Below are positions 18,239 to 27,400 of a stretch of DNA of 64,000 bases, in pieces. A program made the translations under genes and the position numbers. The stretch covers positions 1-64,000 of the forward strand of contig CALLQB010000005.1 in NCBI GenBank assembly GCA_938015295.1, in the 5' to 3' direction. The DNA is from an uncultured Acidimicrobiales bacterium. Its GTDB lineage: Bacteria; Actinomycetota; Acidimicrobiia; Acidimicrobiales; SHLQ01. Position 1 is the first letter of the stretch; every line of letters starts with the position of its first letter. The notes beneath the pieces were generated by a model. The model was not told the origin of the DNA, searched no databases, and saw only the letters and a program-made list of their open reading frames with translations.

Positions 18239-20320
18239 CTAGTTGTACTGAAACCAGCCGTTGCAGTGCAGAGTTTCGGCCTGCTTGTAGCCTTCGGCGC
18301 ATTTTGACCCTGGCCTCCAGCTGCCCTTTGATTTGACCTCAACGCCTTCGGTCTGGTGCACCACTCCATCGAGGACGATGCGATCGACTCGTAGGTTTCG
18401 ATCGATGGGCGGAGCGAAAAGGTCGTTGGTGAACCGCAGACGAATCTGCTCGGGTTGTAGTGGGCCGATGTGTTTGTAGGTGAACTCGTGGTACTTCGGC
18501 GTGTTGATATCGCCGCCAACGATCCACGTCGCTACGACCTTGCCGTCGATCTTGAGGTCCATAACCTCGTCGCCGTTGTTTCCGGCGGCGTAAATATGCA
18601 GAATTGAATCTGGTCCGGCTGCGGGGCTGGCAGGTTTCGCCGGGGCCTCGAGCGAGGGAGCGGTGCTGCTAGGCGGGGTGCCGGTGACGGTACCGGGGTC
18701 GACAACACCGGTTTTAGGGACAGTTGTTTTAGGGACAGTTGTTTTAGGGACAGTTGTGTTAGGGGCACTGCTCCTAGGGGTTGGAGCGACATCTGCGTAT
18801 TGGAAGAAGCCAGCGCAGGCAAGGATCTCGGTCGACTTGTTTCCCGCTTTGCAGCCGGTACCGCGGGTGAATCCGCCCTCGGAGTACACCGCAGCGTTGG
18901 TCGATGCGTACCAGTCGCCATCGACGGTGATGCCTTCGACGTGCAAGTTGCGGTCAAAGGAGCCGTCTGCATTGCGGAAGTCATTGATGAACTGCACCCG
19001 CACCCGTCCGGGAGTAACCGTCGATGGATGGGTGTAGTGAAACTCGCCTGCGGGCGAACCGATTTTGTTGGGCACTTTGTAGGTGGCTACCACGTTGCCA
19101 TCGATCTTGAGTTGCATCATCTCGGTACCGGTGAGACCCGTTGCTTTGATCACGATGAGCGACTTGGTCGACGTGGGTGCAGCGGTGGTTGCTGGTGCAG
19201 GTTTGGTGGTTGTGGGGGCCGCCGTGGTTGTGGGCGCTGGCCCCGACGCTCCGACTGCCTTCAGAAACGCCTTCTCGCCAGGTGACCAGAAGGTCGAGAA
19301 GACCGTTGAGGTGCCCTTGCCGTTGCTGCCCAACGCACCGCTTGCCCACTGCCAACGGTCGTTGTTGCCGAACATGATTGCATCGACACCCGCACGCAGG
19401 GCTGCTTTGACATCCGCGTCGATGTGATACGCGTTCGGCGCATTCCCCGGGCCGTGTTGAGGGCACGGATCCCAGTCAGGTTGGATGCCTTCGTAGCGCA
19501 TCTCGGCCGCCCAAACAGGCTTGTTGGTGCTGTTTACCACTGCGAGGAGGTCGCGGTACGCAGTGTCCGCGCTAACACAATGTCCCGTTTGGGGTGAAAG
19601 AAAGTCGAGCCATCCCTCGTTTGCGAACTGGGTGTGTCGATTGCGAAGTCCGGGCGTGTGATAGGTGGTTGGTTGCGAGCCGCCCTCGGATTCGAGCCCG
19701 GCCGCCAAGTTGCGCCAGATGTTGACGTCTTCGAAGTTGCAGAAGTTGTCGCCGCCCATGATCCAGTGATCGAGAGCGGGGTGATCGGCGAATGCTTTGC
19801 CGACTTGCTGACCGAGCCAGTAGGAGTTGTAGTCCTTGAGCGGTCCTTTCGAACCGCCGCCCTGACAGCCTTGGCGAAGGTCGTTGATGTAAAAGACACC
19901 CCAGATCGGCACCATGCCGACTTCGAGCCCACGAGCATGCGCGAGGTCGAGGAGCTTGCGAACGTGTTGGGTGTAGCCGGCATCGAGCTGGAACTGACCG
20001 TTCACCATCTTGGCGGTCGGGGCTCCGGCGCCGCGGCTTTTGGCCGTCATGCCGCCACCGGTGTGGTTGAACAGCGAGAGCCAAACGCCGGTGTAGCCGG
20101 CATTGGAAAGGTGATCGAAGTAGGTGGCTGCCTCGCTTTGGGTAGCCCAGAACGGGAGATCCCATGCGGTGTCGTAGATCGGTACAGCAGCCGCTGATTC
20201 AGCCGAGCGCTGCCCGGTGGTTAGCGACAGTGCCGAGAGAACGGTGCTGATGATGGCAAGGAGCGCGAGAAGTCGCCAGGCGCGCGTAGACGGGTTGGGT
20301 AGGTGTTCTTGCGCTGACAT
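18239..20320 (-). CDS. secreted glycoside hydrolase (TIM-barrel catalytic domain) with two C-terminal carbohydrate-binding modules
   Basis: 693 aa. Signal-peptide-like N-terminus, ~330-aa catalytic region, then two homologous ~120-aa modules (…CAGFFQY / …CNGWFQY) separated by Pro/Thr-rich linkers that include the repeat TTVPKTTVPKTTVPKT. Confidence 0.7.
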   Translation of the reverse strand: MSAQEHLPNPSTRAWRLLALLAIISTVLSALSLTTGQRSAESAAAVPIYDTAWDLPFWATQSEAATYFDHLSNAGYTGVWLSLFNHTGGGMTAKSRGAGAPTAKMVNGQFQLDAGYTQHVRKLLDLAHARGLEVGMVPIWGVFYINDLRQGCQGGGSKGPLKDYNSYWLGQQVGKAFADHPALDHWIMGGDNFCNFEDVNIWRNLAAGLESEGGSQPTTYHTPGLRNRHTQFANEGWLDFLSPQTGHCVSADTAYRDLLAVVNSTNKPVWAAEMRYEGIQPDWDPCPQHGPGNAPNAYHIDADVKAALRAGVDAIMFGNNDRWQWASGALGSNGKGTSTVFSTFWSPGEKAFLKAVGASGPAPTTTAAPTTTKPAPATTAAPTSTKSLIVIKATGLTGTEMMQLKIDGNVVATYKVPNKIGSPAGEFHYTHPSTVTPGRVRVQFINDFRNADGSFDRNLHVEGITVDGDWYASTNAAVYSEGGFTRGTGCKAGNKSTEILACAGFFQYADVAPTPRSSAPNTTVPKTTVPKTTVPKTGVVDPGTVTGTPPSSTAPSLEAPAKPASPAAGPDSILHIYAAGNNGDEVMDLKIDGKVVATWIVGGDINTPKYHEFTYKHIGPLQPEQIRLRFTNDLFAPPIDRNLRVDRIVLDGVVHQTEGVEVKSKGSWRPGSKCAEGYKQAETLHCNGWFQYN
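18711..18770 (-). repeat. 15-bp tandem repeat (4 units) encoding the TTVPK linker inside the glycoside hydrolase gene
   Basis: gttttagggacagtt x3 plus one diverged unit on the + strand. Locally AT-richer than the surroundings. Confidence 0.9.
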
Positions 20321-20476
20321 TGCTCTGCGGAGCTCCTGCGGTAACTATCGCCGTGGATGTTTGACCCGAATCCATCGGCGTAGCGCGGGCCCTCATGAGT
20401 CGAAAGGCCTACACATTTCGCCGTAAGCCCGCCACCTGCGGAAACGATGACGGAATCGCCAAAATCAGAACGCCGT

Positions 20477-21430
20477 TCAGCGCCCAGGCCCAAGAATCCA
20501 GCTACGAAAGATCAGGCCTTCGGTCGCTGCTATCCGCGCGAGCGTCGCGTGTTGCTCGTCGCCACGCTCGCCGGGATGCAGCAGCGCAACGATGGTGCCA
20601 CCTGAGCCGGCGTAGTTCGCTGGTGCGTCGTGTGCCCGTACTAGTTCGATGAGGCGAACATGACTTGGCGAGAGGTCAGAGATCGACGCCCGTAGGTCGA
20701 AAGAGGCGTTCATCGCGCGCCCCAGTTCTACGGTGTCGCCAGCGACGAAGGCTGCTGCGGCGCTGGTCGCCTGTAGGGCAAGGTCGTTCATCGCCCGGCG
20801 AACGTCGGTTTCACCGGCGTCGTATCGGCTTCGAAGGTTTCCGTGAAAGACCTGACTTGGTTCGCTCGCCGCCTCATCGCTGAGGATGCAGAAACGAAAA
20901 CTTGAACCCGGTGTAAGCGGCGTCACCGTGAATAGCGCCTGCGCAGACGTTTCGGCCCGCGGAAAGCTCATGTCGCAGGTGCCGCCGTAGGTTTGAACGA
21001 CGCGGTCCTGCAGCCCTGCGGTGATGCCCAGTCGTGTTTCGACGGCGAGGGCGAGCTCCGGAAGTTCGGCATCGGCGATCTCGTGCTGATGCAAAGCAGC
21101 GATTGCGCGAAGTGTTGCGATTACCAAGGCGCTCGAGCCGGCTAGGCCGACCGACCGTGGAATGTTTGTTTGCCAATCGATTCGTAGTGGCCCAAGGTTC
21201 CAGTCGCTTATGACTTGAAGAGTGGCAAGAAACAGATCGGTGTCGTCGTGGGAGAACGCCTGGTCCGCTGGATTGGCGAATGTCCGGTGGTCACCGATCT
21301 GAAACTCGTTGGCTGCGCCGACGGACACCGTTGCGGTAAATGCGGGCACAACGGTTGCTAGTACTCGGCCGTTGTAGCCATCAGAGGGGTTGCCGGCAAG
21401 GGCGGCTCGAGCTGGCACATCTTTTCGCAC
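20477..21430 (-). CDS. GHMP-family sugar/acid kinase
   Basis: 317 aa. ATP-binding glycine-rich motif PRSVGLAGSSALVIA (GHMP motif II) and an N-terminal GNPSDGY-like motif. Confidence 0.6.
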   Translation of the reverse strand: MRKDVPARAALAGNPSDGYNGRVLATVVPAFTATVSVGAANEFQIGDHRTFANPADQAFSHDDTDLFLATLQVISDWNLGPLRIDWQTNIPRSVGLAGSSALVIATLRAIAALHQHEIADAELPELALAVETRLGITAGLQDRVVQTYGGTCDMSFPRAETSAQALFTVTPLTPGSSFRFCILSDEAASEPSQVFHGNLRSRYDAGETDVRRAMNDLALQATSAAAAFVAGDTVELGRAMNASFDLRASISDLSPSHVRLIELVRAHDAPANYAGSGGTIVALLHPGERGDEQHATLARIAATEGLIFRSWILGPGR

Positions 21431-21595
21431 GGGTGAAATTCCTTGGCGCTTGATCGAATAACTGGACAGTTTTGTCCGACGGGAACAGGGTGCCTCGCAA
21501 AGGCATACGAGTTTGGGACGTTCGTTGAAGAATTTTCAGCACAGTGAACTTCCCTGACACTAGGTTGCATGACGTAGGGAAGGAGCGGTCATCCG

Positions 21596-22237
21596 GTGGC
21601 GGACTTTGTGGACGTAGTTATCCAATTTCCTACGATTATTTTTACTGTTGCTCTTGCGGCTTCATTCATCTTCTTTGTCCTGACAACGCTTCTGGGTCTG
21701 GGCGGTGAGGGCGGCTTCGACCTTGACGTTGACGTCGGCGGCGATGTTGGCGATCTTGACGCCGACCCAGGTGGCTTGTTCGAAAGTCTTGGGCTTGCAG
21801 GAATACCGCTTGCCGTTACCGCAACGTTGGTCTCGCTCTTCGCCTGGTTTTCGAGCCTGGTACTGATGTCTCTTGTGGGTGACCGCTCCACCGCAGTGCT
21901 GGTTGGGATCGGCTTCGTTGTCCTAGTGGTCGCGTTAGGGATTGGCTTTATCGCAGCGAGCTTTTTCTCCCGACCGATGTCCCGAATTTTCAACGCGACG
22001 GGCAGTCGTCGGCGCGGCGATCTTTCGGGGCAGCTGTGCACGGTCACCACACTCAAAGTCACCGAAGACTTCGGGCAGGCCGAAGTAGCCGATGCATCTG
22101 GCGGCAGCCACCTTGTGCAGATCAGATGTGGCGACGACAACAACCTCACGGCCGGCGATCAGGCGCTGATCTTTGGTCTCGATACCGCAACCGACGCCTA
22201 CCTTGTCTCTCCCGATGTGGGTGAAATCGGTGCGTAA
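21596..22237 (+). CDS. NfeD-family membrane protein (flotillin-associated, C-terminal OB-fold)
   Basis: 213 aa. GTG start with an AGGAG site 10 nt upstream. N-terminal TM helices, acidic/Gly loop, C-terminal soluble domain. Lies immediately upstream of the flotillin gene, as in nfeD-floT/yqiJK pairs. Confidence 0.7.
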   Translation: MADFVDVVIQFPTIIFTVALAASFIFFVLTTLLGLGGEGGFDLDVDVGGDVGDLDADPGGLFESLGLAGIPLAVTATLVSLFAWFSSLVLMSLVGDRSTAVLVGIGFVVLVVALGIGFIAASFFSRPMSRIFNATGSRRRGDLSGQLCTVTTLKVTEDFGQAEVADASGGSHLVQIRCGDDNNLTAGDQALIFGLDTATDAYLVSPDVGEIGA

Positions 22238-22247
22238 TCAGCCCCAC

Positions 22248-22282
22248 CTTCAGTACTCAATCTTCAGTACTCAATCTTCAGA
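22248..22282. repeat. 14-bp direct tandem repeat (2.5 units) in the nfeD-flotillin intergenic spacer
   Basis: cttcagtactcaat cttcagtactcaat cttcaga. Confidence 0.9.
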
Positions 22283-22345
22283 CCTTCTCTGCCCACCGGG
22301 CATATCTCCCTCTGCAAACCAGAGTTCAACGAAAGCGAGTAGTCC

Positions 22346-24382
22346 ATGACTATCTTGATTGGAATTGGCGTTGTCATTGCGTTCATCGTCGCCATCGCGC
22401 TGCTAGTCGGCCTGATGTTCAGCCGACTGTTTCGAAAGGTCCCGCAGGGCAAAGCGCTTGTGGTCAGCACGATGAACGACGTCGTGGTGTCCTTCACCGG
22501 CCGCGTCGTGCTGCCGGTGATCCACAAAGCCGAGATCATGGATACTTCGGTCAAAACGATCGAGATCGATCGGCGCGCCACCGAAGGGCTGATCTGCCGC
22601 GACAACATCCGGGCCGATATCAAGGTCAACTTCTTCGTGCGAGTCAACAACGTCGAAGAAGACGTCATCAAGGTGGCGCAGGCCATTGGCGTCGAGCGAG
22701 CAAGCCAACAGGAAACGCTCGAGGAGCTCTTCACCGCAAAATTCTCCGAAGCGCTCAAGACGGTGGGCAAGCGACTCGACTTCATCGATCTCTACACCGA
22801 ACGTCGCCGTTTCCGCGACGAAATCATTGAGGTCATCGGCACCGACCTCAACGGGTACGTGCTTGAGGATGCAGCGATCGACTATCTCGAACAGACACCG
22901 CTTTCGAGCCTCGACGACACCAACATTCTCGACGCACAGGGCATCCGCAAGATCACCGAACTCACCGCCCTTGAACATGTGGCAACCAACGTCGCCACCC
23001 GCGAAGAAGAAAAGCAGATCACCCAAAAAGACGTTGAAACCCGCGAAGCGGTGCTTGAGCTTCACCGCCAGCAAGCCGATGCTGAGGCCCGTCAGGCCCG
23101 CGAAATTCAGACGGTCCGCTCACGGGAGCAAGCAGAAACTGCCAAGGTCGCCGCTGAGGAACGCCTGCGTGCCGAAACAGCGCGCCTTCTCACCGAGCAA
23201 GACGTTGGGGTGCAAGAAGAGAACCGTCAGCGCGAGATCGAAGTTGCGGCGAAGAACCGAGAGCGAGTGGTCGCGATCGAAGAAGAACGCATCATCAAAG
23301 CGCGCGACCTCGAAGTGATTGCCCGCGAGCTCGAAACAGTCGGAGCGACCAAGGGTCTTGAAATCGAAAAAACCGAGATCGCCGAGATCGTGTCGAAACG
23401 AACCGCGGTCGAGAAATCGGTGGCCGAGGAAGAAGAAGCTATCAAGACGCTGCGAGTCGTCGAGGAAGCAAACCGCAACCGCGATGCACAGGTCATCGAA
23501 GCCGAAGCCGAAGCCGAAGGTGCATTCGTCAAAGACATCAAAGCCGCCGAGGCGGCAGAAAAGGCTGCGCAACACAAAGCCACCGAGCGGGTCACCTTGT
23601 CGCGAGCCGATCTCGAAGCGAGCGACCTTGATGCCAAGGCAATGACTCGTTTGGCCGAAGGAACCCAGGCCGAAGCTGCCGCAAAGGGCCTCGCCGAGGT
23701 GACCGTGCGCGAAGCCGACGCGGTCGCGATCGAAAAGGTGGGCTTGGCCGAAGTACGTGTCCGCGAAGCCGACGCCGGCGCAACCCAGAAAGAAGGCGTG
23801 GTCGGGGCTGCGGTTGTCCGCGAACTCGGTCTCGCTGAAGCTGAGGCCACCGAAGCGAAGCTTCGTGGAGAAGCGGCTGGTCTGACCGAGAAGGCCGCAG
23901 CAATGCGCGAACTTGAAGGTGTCGGCCAGGAGTTTGAAGAATTCACCCGTCGTCTCGATGCGCAAAAAGAGGTCGATCTCGCCAAGGTCGACGCTCAACT
24001 CGGTATCGGCACGGCACAGGCCGAGGCGTTGAAGGCCGGACTCGAAAGCGCAGACATCGACATCGTCGGAGGCTCAGATATCTTTGTCGATCGCCTCGTC
24101 GGCGCCGTAGCCGGTGGTAAATCGGTCGACGCCTTTGTCGAGAATTCGGGCACCACCAGCAAGGTGTTCGGCAAATACCTCGAAGGCGATGGCGACATCG
24201 TTGCCGACCTCACCGAGCTCACCGCAGGGCTTGGCGGCGCGGGTGTACGCGACCTCACTATCTCGGCATTCCTCGCCCAGATGATGAAGAACTCCAGCGG
24301 CGACACCAGCGCAAAGATCAATAACATCATCGAGGCCGTCGCCCGAGAGGGAATCGGCGACCTGCCGATCGGCGATCTCTAA
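22346..24382 (+). CDS. flotillin family SPFH-domain protein (FloT/YqiK-like)
   Basis: 678 aa. N-terminal TM anchor, SPFH/band-7 domain, long Glu/Ala/Arg-rich coiled-coil flotillin region, Gly/Ala-rich C-terminus. Confidence 0.9.
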   Translation: MTILIGIGVVIAFIVAIALLVGLMFSRLFRKVPQGKALVVSTMNDVVVSFTGRVVLPVIHKAEIMDTSVKTIEIDRRATEGLICRDNIRADIKVNFFVRVNNVEEDVIKVAQAIGVERASQQETLEELFTAKFSEALKTVGKRLDFIDLYTERRRFRDEIIEVIGTDLNGYVLEDAAIDYLEQTPLSSLDDTNILDAQGIRKITELTALEHVATNVATREEEKQITQKDVETREAVLELHRQQADAEARQAREIQTVRSREQAETAKVAAEERLRAETARLLTEQDVGVQEENRQREIEVAAKNRERVVAIEEERIIKARDLEVIARELETVGATKGLEIEKTEIAEIVSKRTAVEKSVAEEEEAIKTLRVVEEANRNRDAQVIEAEAEAEGAFVKDIKAAEAAEKAAQHKATERVTLSRADLEASDLDAKAMTRLAEGTQAEAAAKGLAEVTVREADAVAIEKVGLAEVRVREADAGATQKEGVVGAAVVRELGLAEAEATEAKLRGEAAGLTEKAAAMRELEGVGQEFEEFTRRLDAQKEVDLAKVDAQLGIGTAQAEALKAGLESADIDIVGGSDIFVDRLVGAVAGGKSVDAFVENSGTTSKVFGKYLEGDGDIVADLTELTAGLGGAGVRDLTISAFLAQMMKNSSGDTSAKINNIIEAVAREGIGDLPIGDL

Positions 24383-24403
24383 GTCAAGCGGCCGTTCACC
24401 ATT

Positions 24404-27400
24404 GTGACTGACGTACAAACCGAAGCCGTCGCTGCTGACGCGGTGGCCGACGCCGCCGGGGCAGGCACCTACGAGCTGCTCCGCGCCCGGCTTGTCGAAC
24501 ATGCTGACGAACTGGGACGCCGCGCGGCCCGGCTCAACGAGCAACGGTTGGATGCCTTCGGCACCAGTCGGTTCGAGCTCGTCGGCAGCGAACGGATTCG
24601 CACCGCGAACAATTGTGTGTCGCGCGATATCGCAGCAGTCGGCGACCAACTGCTGTTTGGTTACAACGTATTCATCGGTCTCAAAAGCGAAACGTCGATC
24701 GACGATGTCTTTAGCGCTCACCGCCTAACGACAGGAGACGACGGCGCCTTCGCGTTGTCGGTGCTTGACGAGGGCAGCGACGTCGGCTGGCTCCACGACC
24801 CGGCCTTTCTCAACGACTTCGCCGAGCTCACCCGCTATTACAAGGAGAACAAACTTCTTCAGATTCGACGCACTGAGGGTCGCTTGCTCGCGGTGTTTCA
24901 GATCGGCAATTCCATCGACGACATCCGCGTGTTTCGTTGGGAAATTTCACCCGACGGTGCAGCCCGGTATCTCGACAACCGGGGCGAACGCGATCATCAG
25001 TATCCACCCCAGTTCGGCTTCGAATGGACGCCGGTAAACCGCGAGCAGCAGGTCGGTGGACGAACGCCACACGTCAACATCGACGATCGTGTCTTTGTCT
25101 ACCTTGTCGGCGGCAAGCTCGAGATCAGGCTCGAAGACAACACCGAAACTGGACTAACCGTTCTCGCCGAGACTATCGACAACGCCGACCAGTCGGTCGA
25201 CGATGCCGACATGTCCTTCGCCTTGGTCGGCGACCTGGTTTTGCTGCGAGTGAAGCCCTACCTCGAAGACCACGACAGGTACTTCGTCGTCAACCTCTTC
25301 AACCGAACCGCCCTGCGTGCTGACGCGCTTGGCCAGTCTTGCCAGCTTCTTCCCGAGGATCATGGGCTCATTTTCCCGGGCGGCTATTACCTCCGCGAGG
25401 GCGACACAAAGATCTTCGATCTCGAAACTGCCTCGATGGAATTCAAGGCCGAGATCCGCTCGCCCAACGGCGAAGATGTGTTGTACGCCTTCCATCAGCG
25501 CAGCGAAGGTCGCACAATTCTCCTCAGCTACAACATGATTCGTCGAGAGGTAGCGCCACCGATCAACTGCCATGGCTACAGCCTGTTCGAGAACGGCACC
25601 CTCATCGTTTTTCGTGACGATGGTGAGCCGACTCGGGTGCACCCGATGCAGATTTGGGCGACGCCGTTTGTCAGTGCCGACTTCCACGCCCGACAACCGC
25701 TCGGCGACGGATTCCTCGATCGCATCGGCAATGCCGAAGCGGTGCGCGGCGTCAGCGAGGGGCTCAACATTCGGCGGCTTGTCGCTGATGTCGAACCGTC
25801 GGTCGCGGTGTTCGAGGCGTTGTCTACCAGCACGGTGCGAGTACTCGATGCCCACCCGTGGCTGGCTGATGATGCCGCAGGTGACCTCGCGTCGCCGCTG
25901 CACGAGATCCGGTCGACATCCGAGCTGATCATCGACGAGTTCGAAAAGGCCGAGTCGCTTAAGGCCACCGCCGTCGATGTAGTAGCAGAAGCCAGGACCG
26001 ACATCGATGCGGTAGTCGACGAACTTCGTCAGCAGAAGCCTTCGACCACCCAGCAGTACGTCACCGCGTTGCAGAAACTTCGCCGCCAACAGGGCCACCT
26101 GCTCACGATCCGCGATGTTCGCTACGTGGACAACGAGGCCCTCGACGAGCTCAGTGTCTCTGTACAGGAGGCGTTCGATCAACTGTCGAGCCAGGCTGTC
26201 GAGTTCCTTGCCGACGACGGCGCCTTTGAAGGATTCCATACCGACGTCGCACAACTGACCAACACGATCGAGGCGACATCGAAGGTCACCGAGCTCGCCC
26301 CGCATCTTGAGGCGCTCGACGAGATCGGCGGCGGACTCGACCTTCTCACCGAAGTAGTCGGCGGCCTCGACATCGAAGATGCCACCGTTCGCACCAGCAT
26401 TTTTGAACGCGTGTCGGTGGTGATGGGCCTACTCAACCGGTCGCGGGCCGTAGCCGAGAACCAGCGTCGCACGTTGGGCGACGCCGAAAGCAGCGCGGCG
26501 TTTGGTGTCGAGTTTGGTTTGTTTTCCCAATCGGTCACCGCCGAATTGTCGCGGTCGACGACCCCCGAGCGTGCTGACGCTGCGCTTGGGACGCTGCTGG
26601 TGCAGCTGGAAAATCTCGAGAGCAGGTTCGGCGAATCAGACGAGTACCTCGACCAGATCGGAACCAAACGCGAAGACGTGTACGAGGCGTTCTCGTCGCG
26701 CAAACAAACGCTGATCGACGACCGGCAGCGTTCGGCCCGACGGCTCGTCGACGCATCAGAACGCATTCTTACCAGCGTCAATCGCCGGATCGAAGGGTTC
26801 GAATCGCCCGACGAGATCAACGCCTTCTTTGTTGCCGACCCGCTGGTAGCAAAGGTTCGCACGATCGCCGAAGACCTCCGCGGACTCGATGAGCAGGTTC
26901 GGGCCGACGAAGTGCTTCGCACGCTTGAAACAGCGAAAGAGGAAGCCGCCCGGTCGTTGCGCGACCGCACCGACATCTTCGAAGAAGGCGGCCAGGTCAT
27001 TCGTCTTGGCCGGCACCGGTTCAGCGTCGACTCGCAGAACCTCGAACTCACCACCGCCGTGGTCGACGACGAACTCAACATCGTTCTCACCGGGACCGAC
27101 TTTCGCGAACCGGCGACCGCTAGCGAGCTTGAAGCGAGCGAGCTCGCAGAGCTTCGCCCGTTCTGGGATCAGACGCTCGTCTCTGAGCGTGCGAATTTTA
27201 GTCGGGTCGAGTTTCTCGCAACCTCAATTCTGGCCGATTCGGCATCGGGTCGAAACGAACTATCGATGCCGCTGCTCTGCGAGGCTGCAGGCTCAGCAAC
27301 TGGCCTTGAAGAACTTGTTCGCTCCGTCGGAGAAAAGCGGGTTGACGAAGGTTACGACCGAGGGGTTCACGACCACGACGCCGCAAAGATCCTTGCGGTT

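Noticed and set aside
18711-18770. Short tandem repeats (here and at 2070-2120, 22248-22282, 38531-38590) considered as CRISPR arrays
   Set aside because: The units are 14-17 bp with no spacers of unique sequence and no cas genes. They are simple tandem or slippage repeats.
20321-20476. Intergenic regions (here and at 21431-21595) scanned for tRNA or small RNA genes
   Set aside because: No cloverleaf-compatible segments were found: no GTTC-type T-loop with matching acceptor stem. These were left as promoter or leader regions.
25154-26305. 383-aa minus-strand ORF inside the giant ATPase gene
   Set aside because: It is an antisense shadow ORF. The sense frame carries a continuous 1704-aa protein with ATPase motifs.
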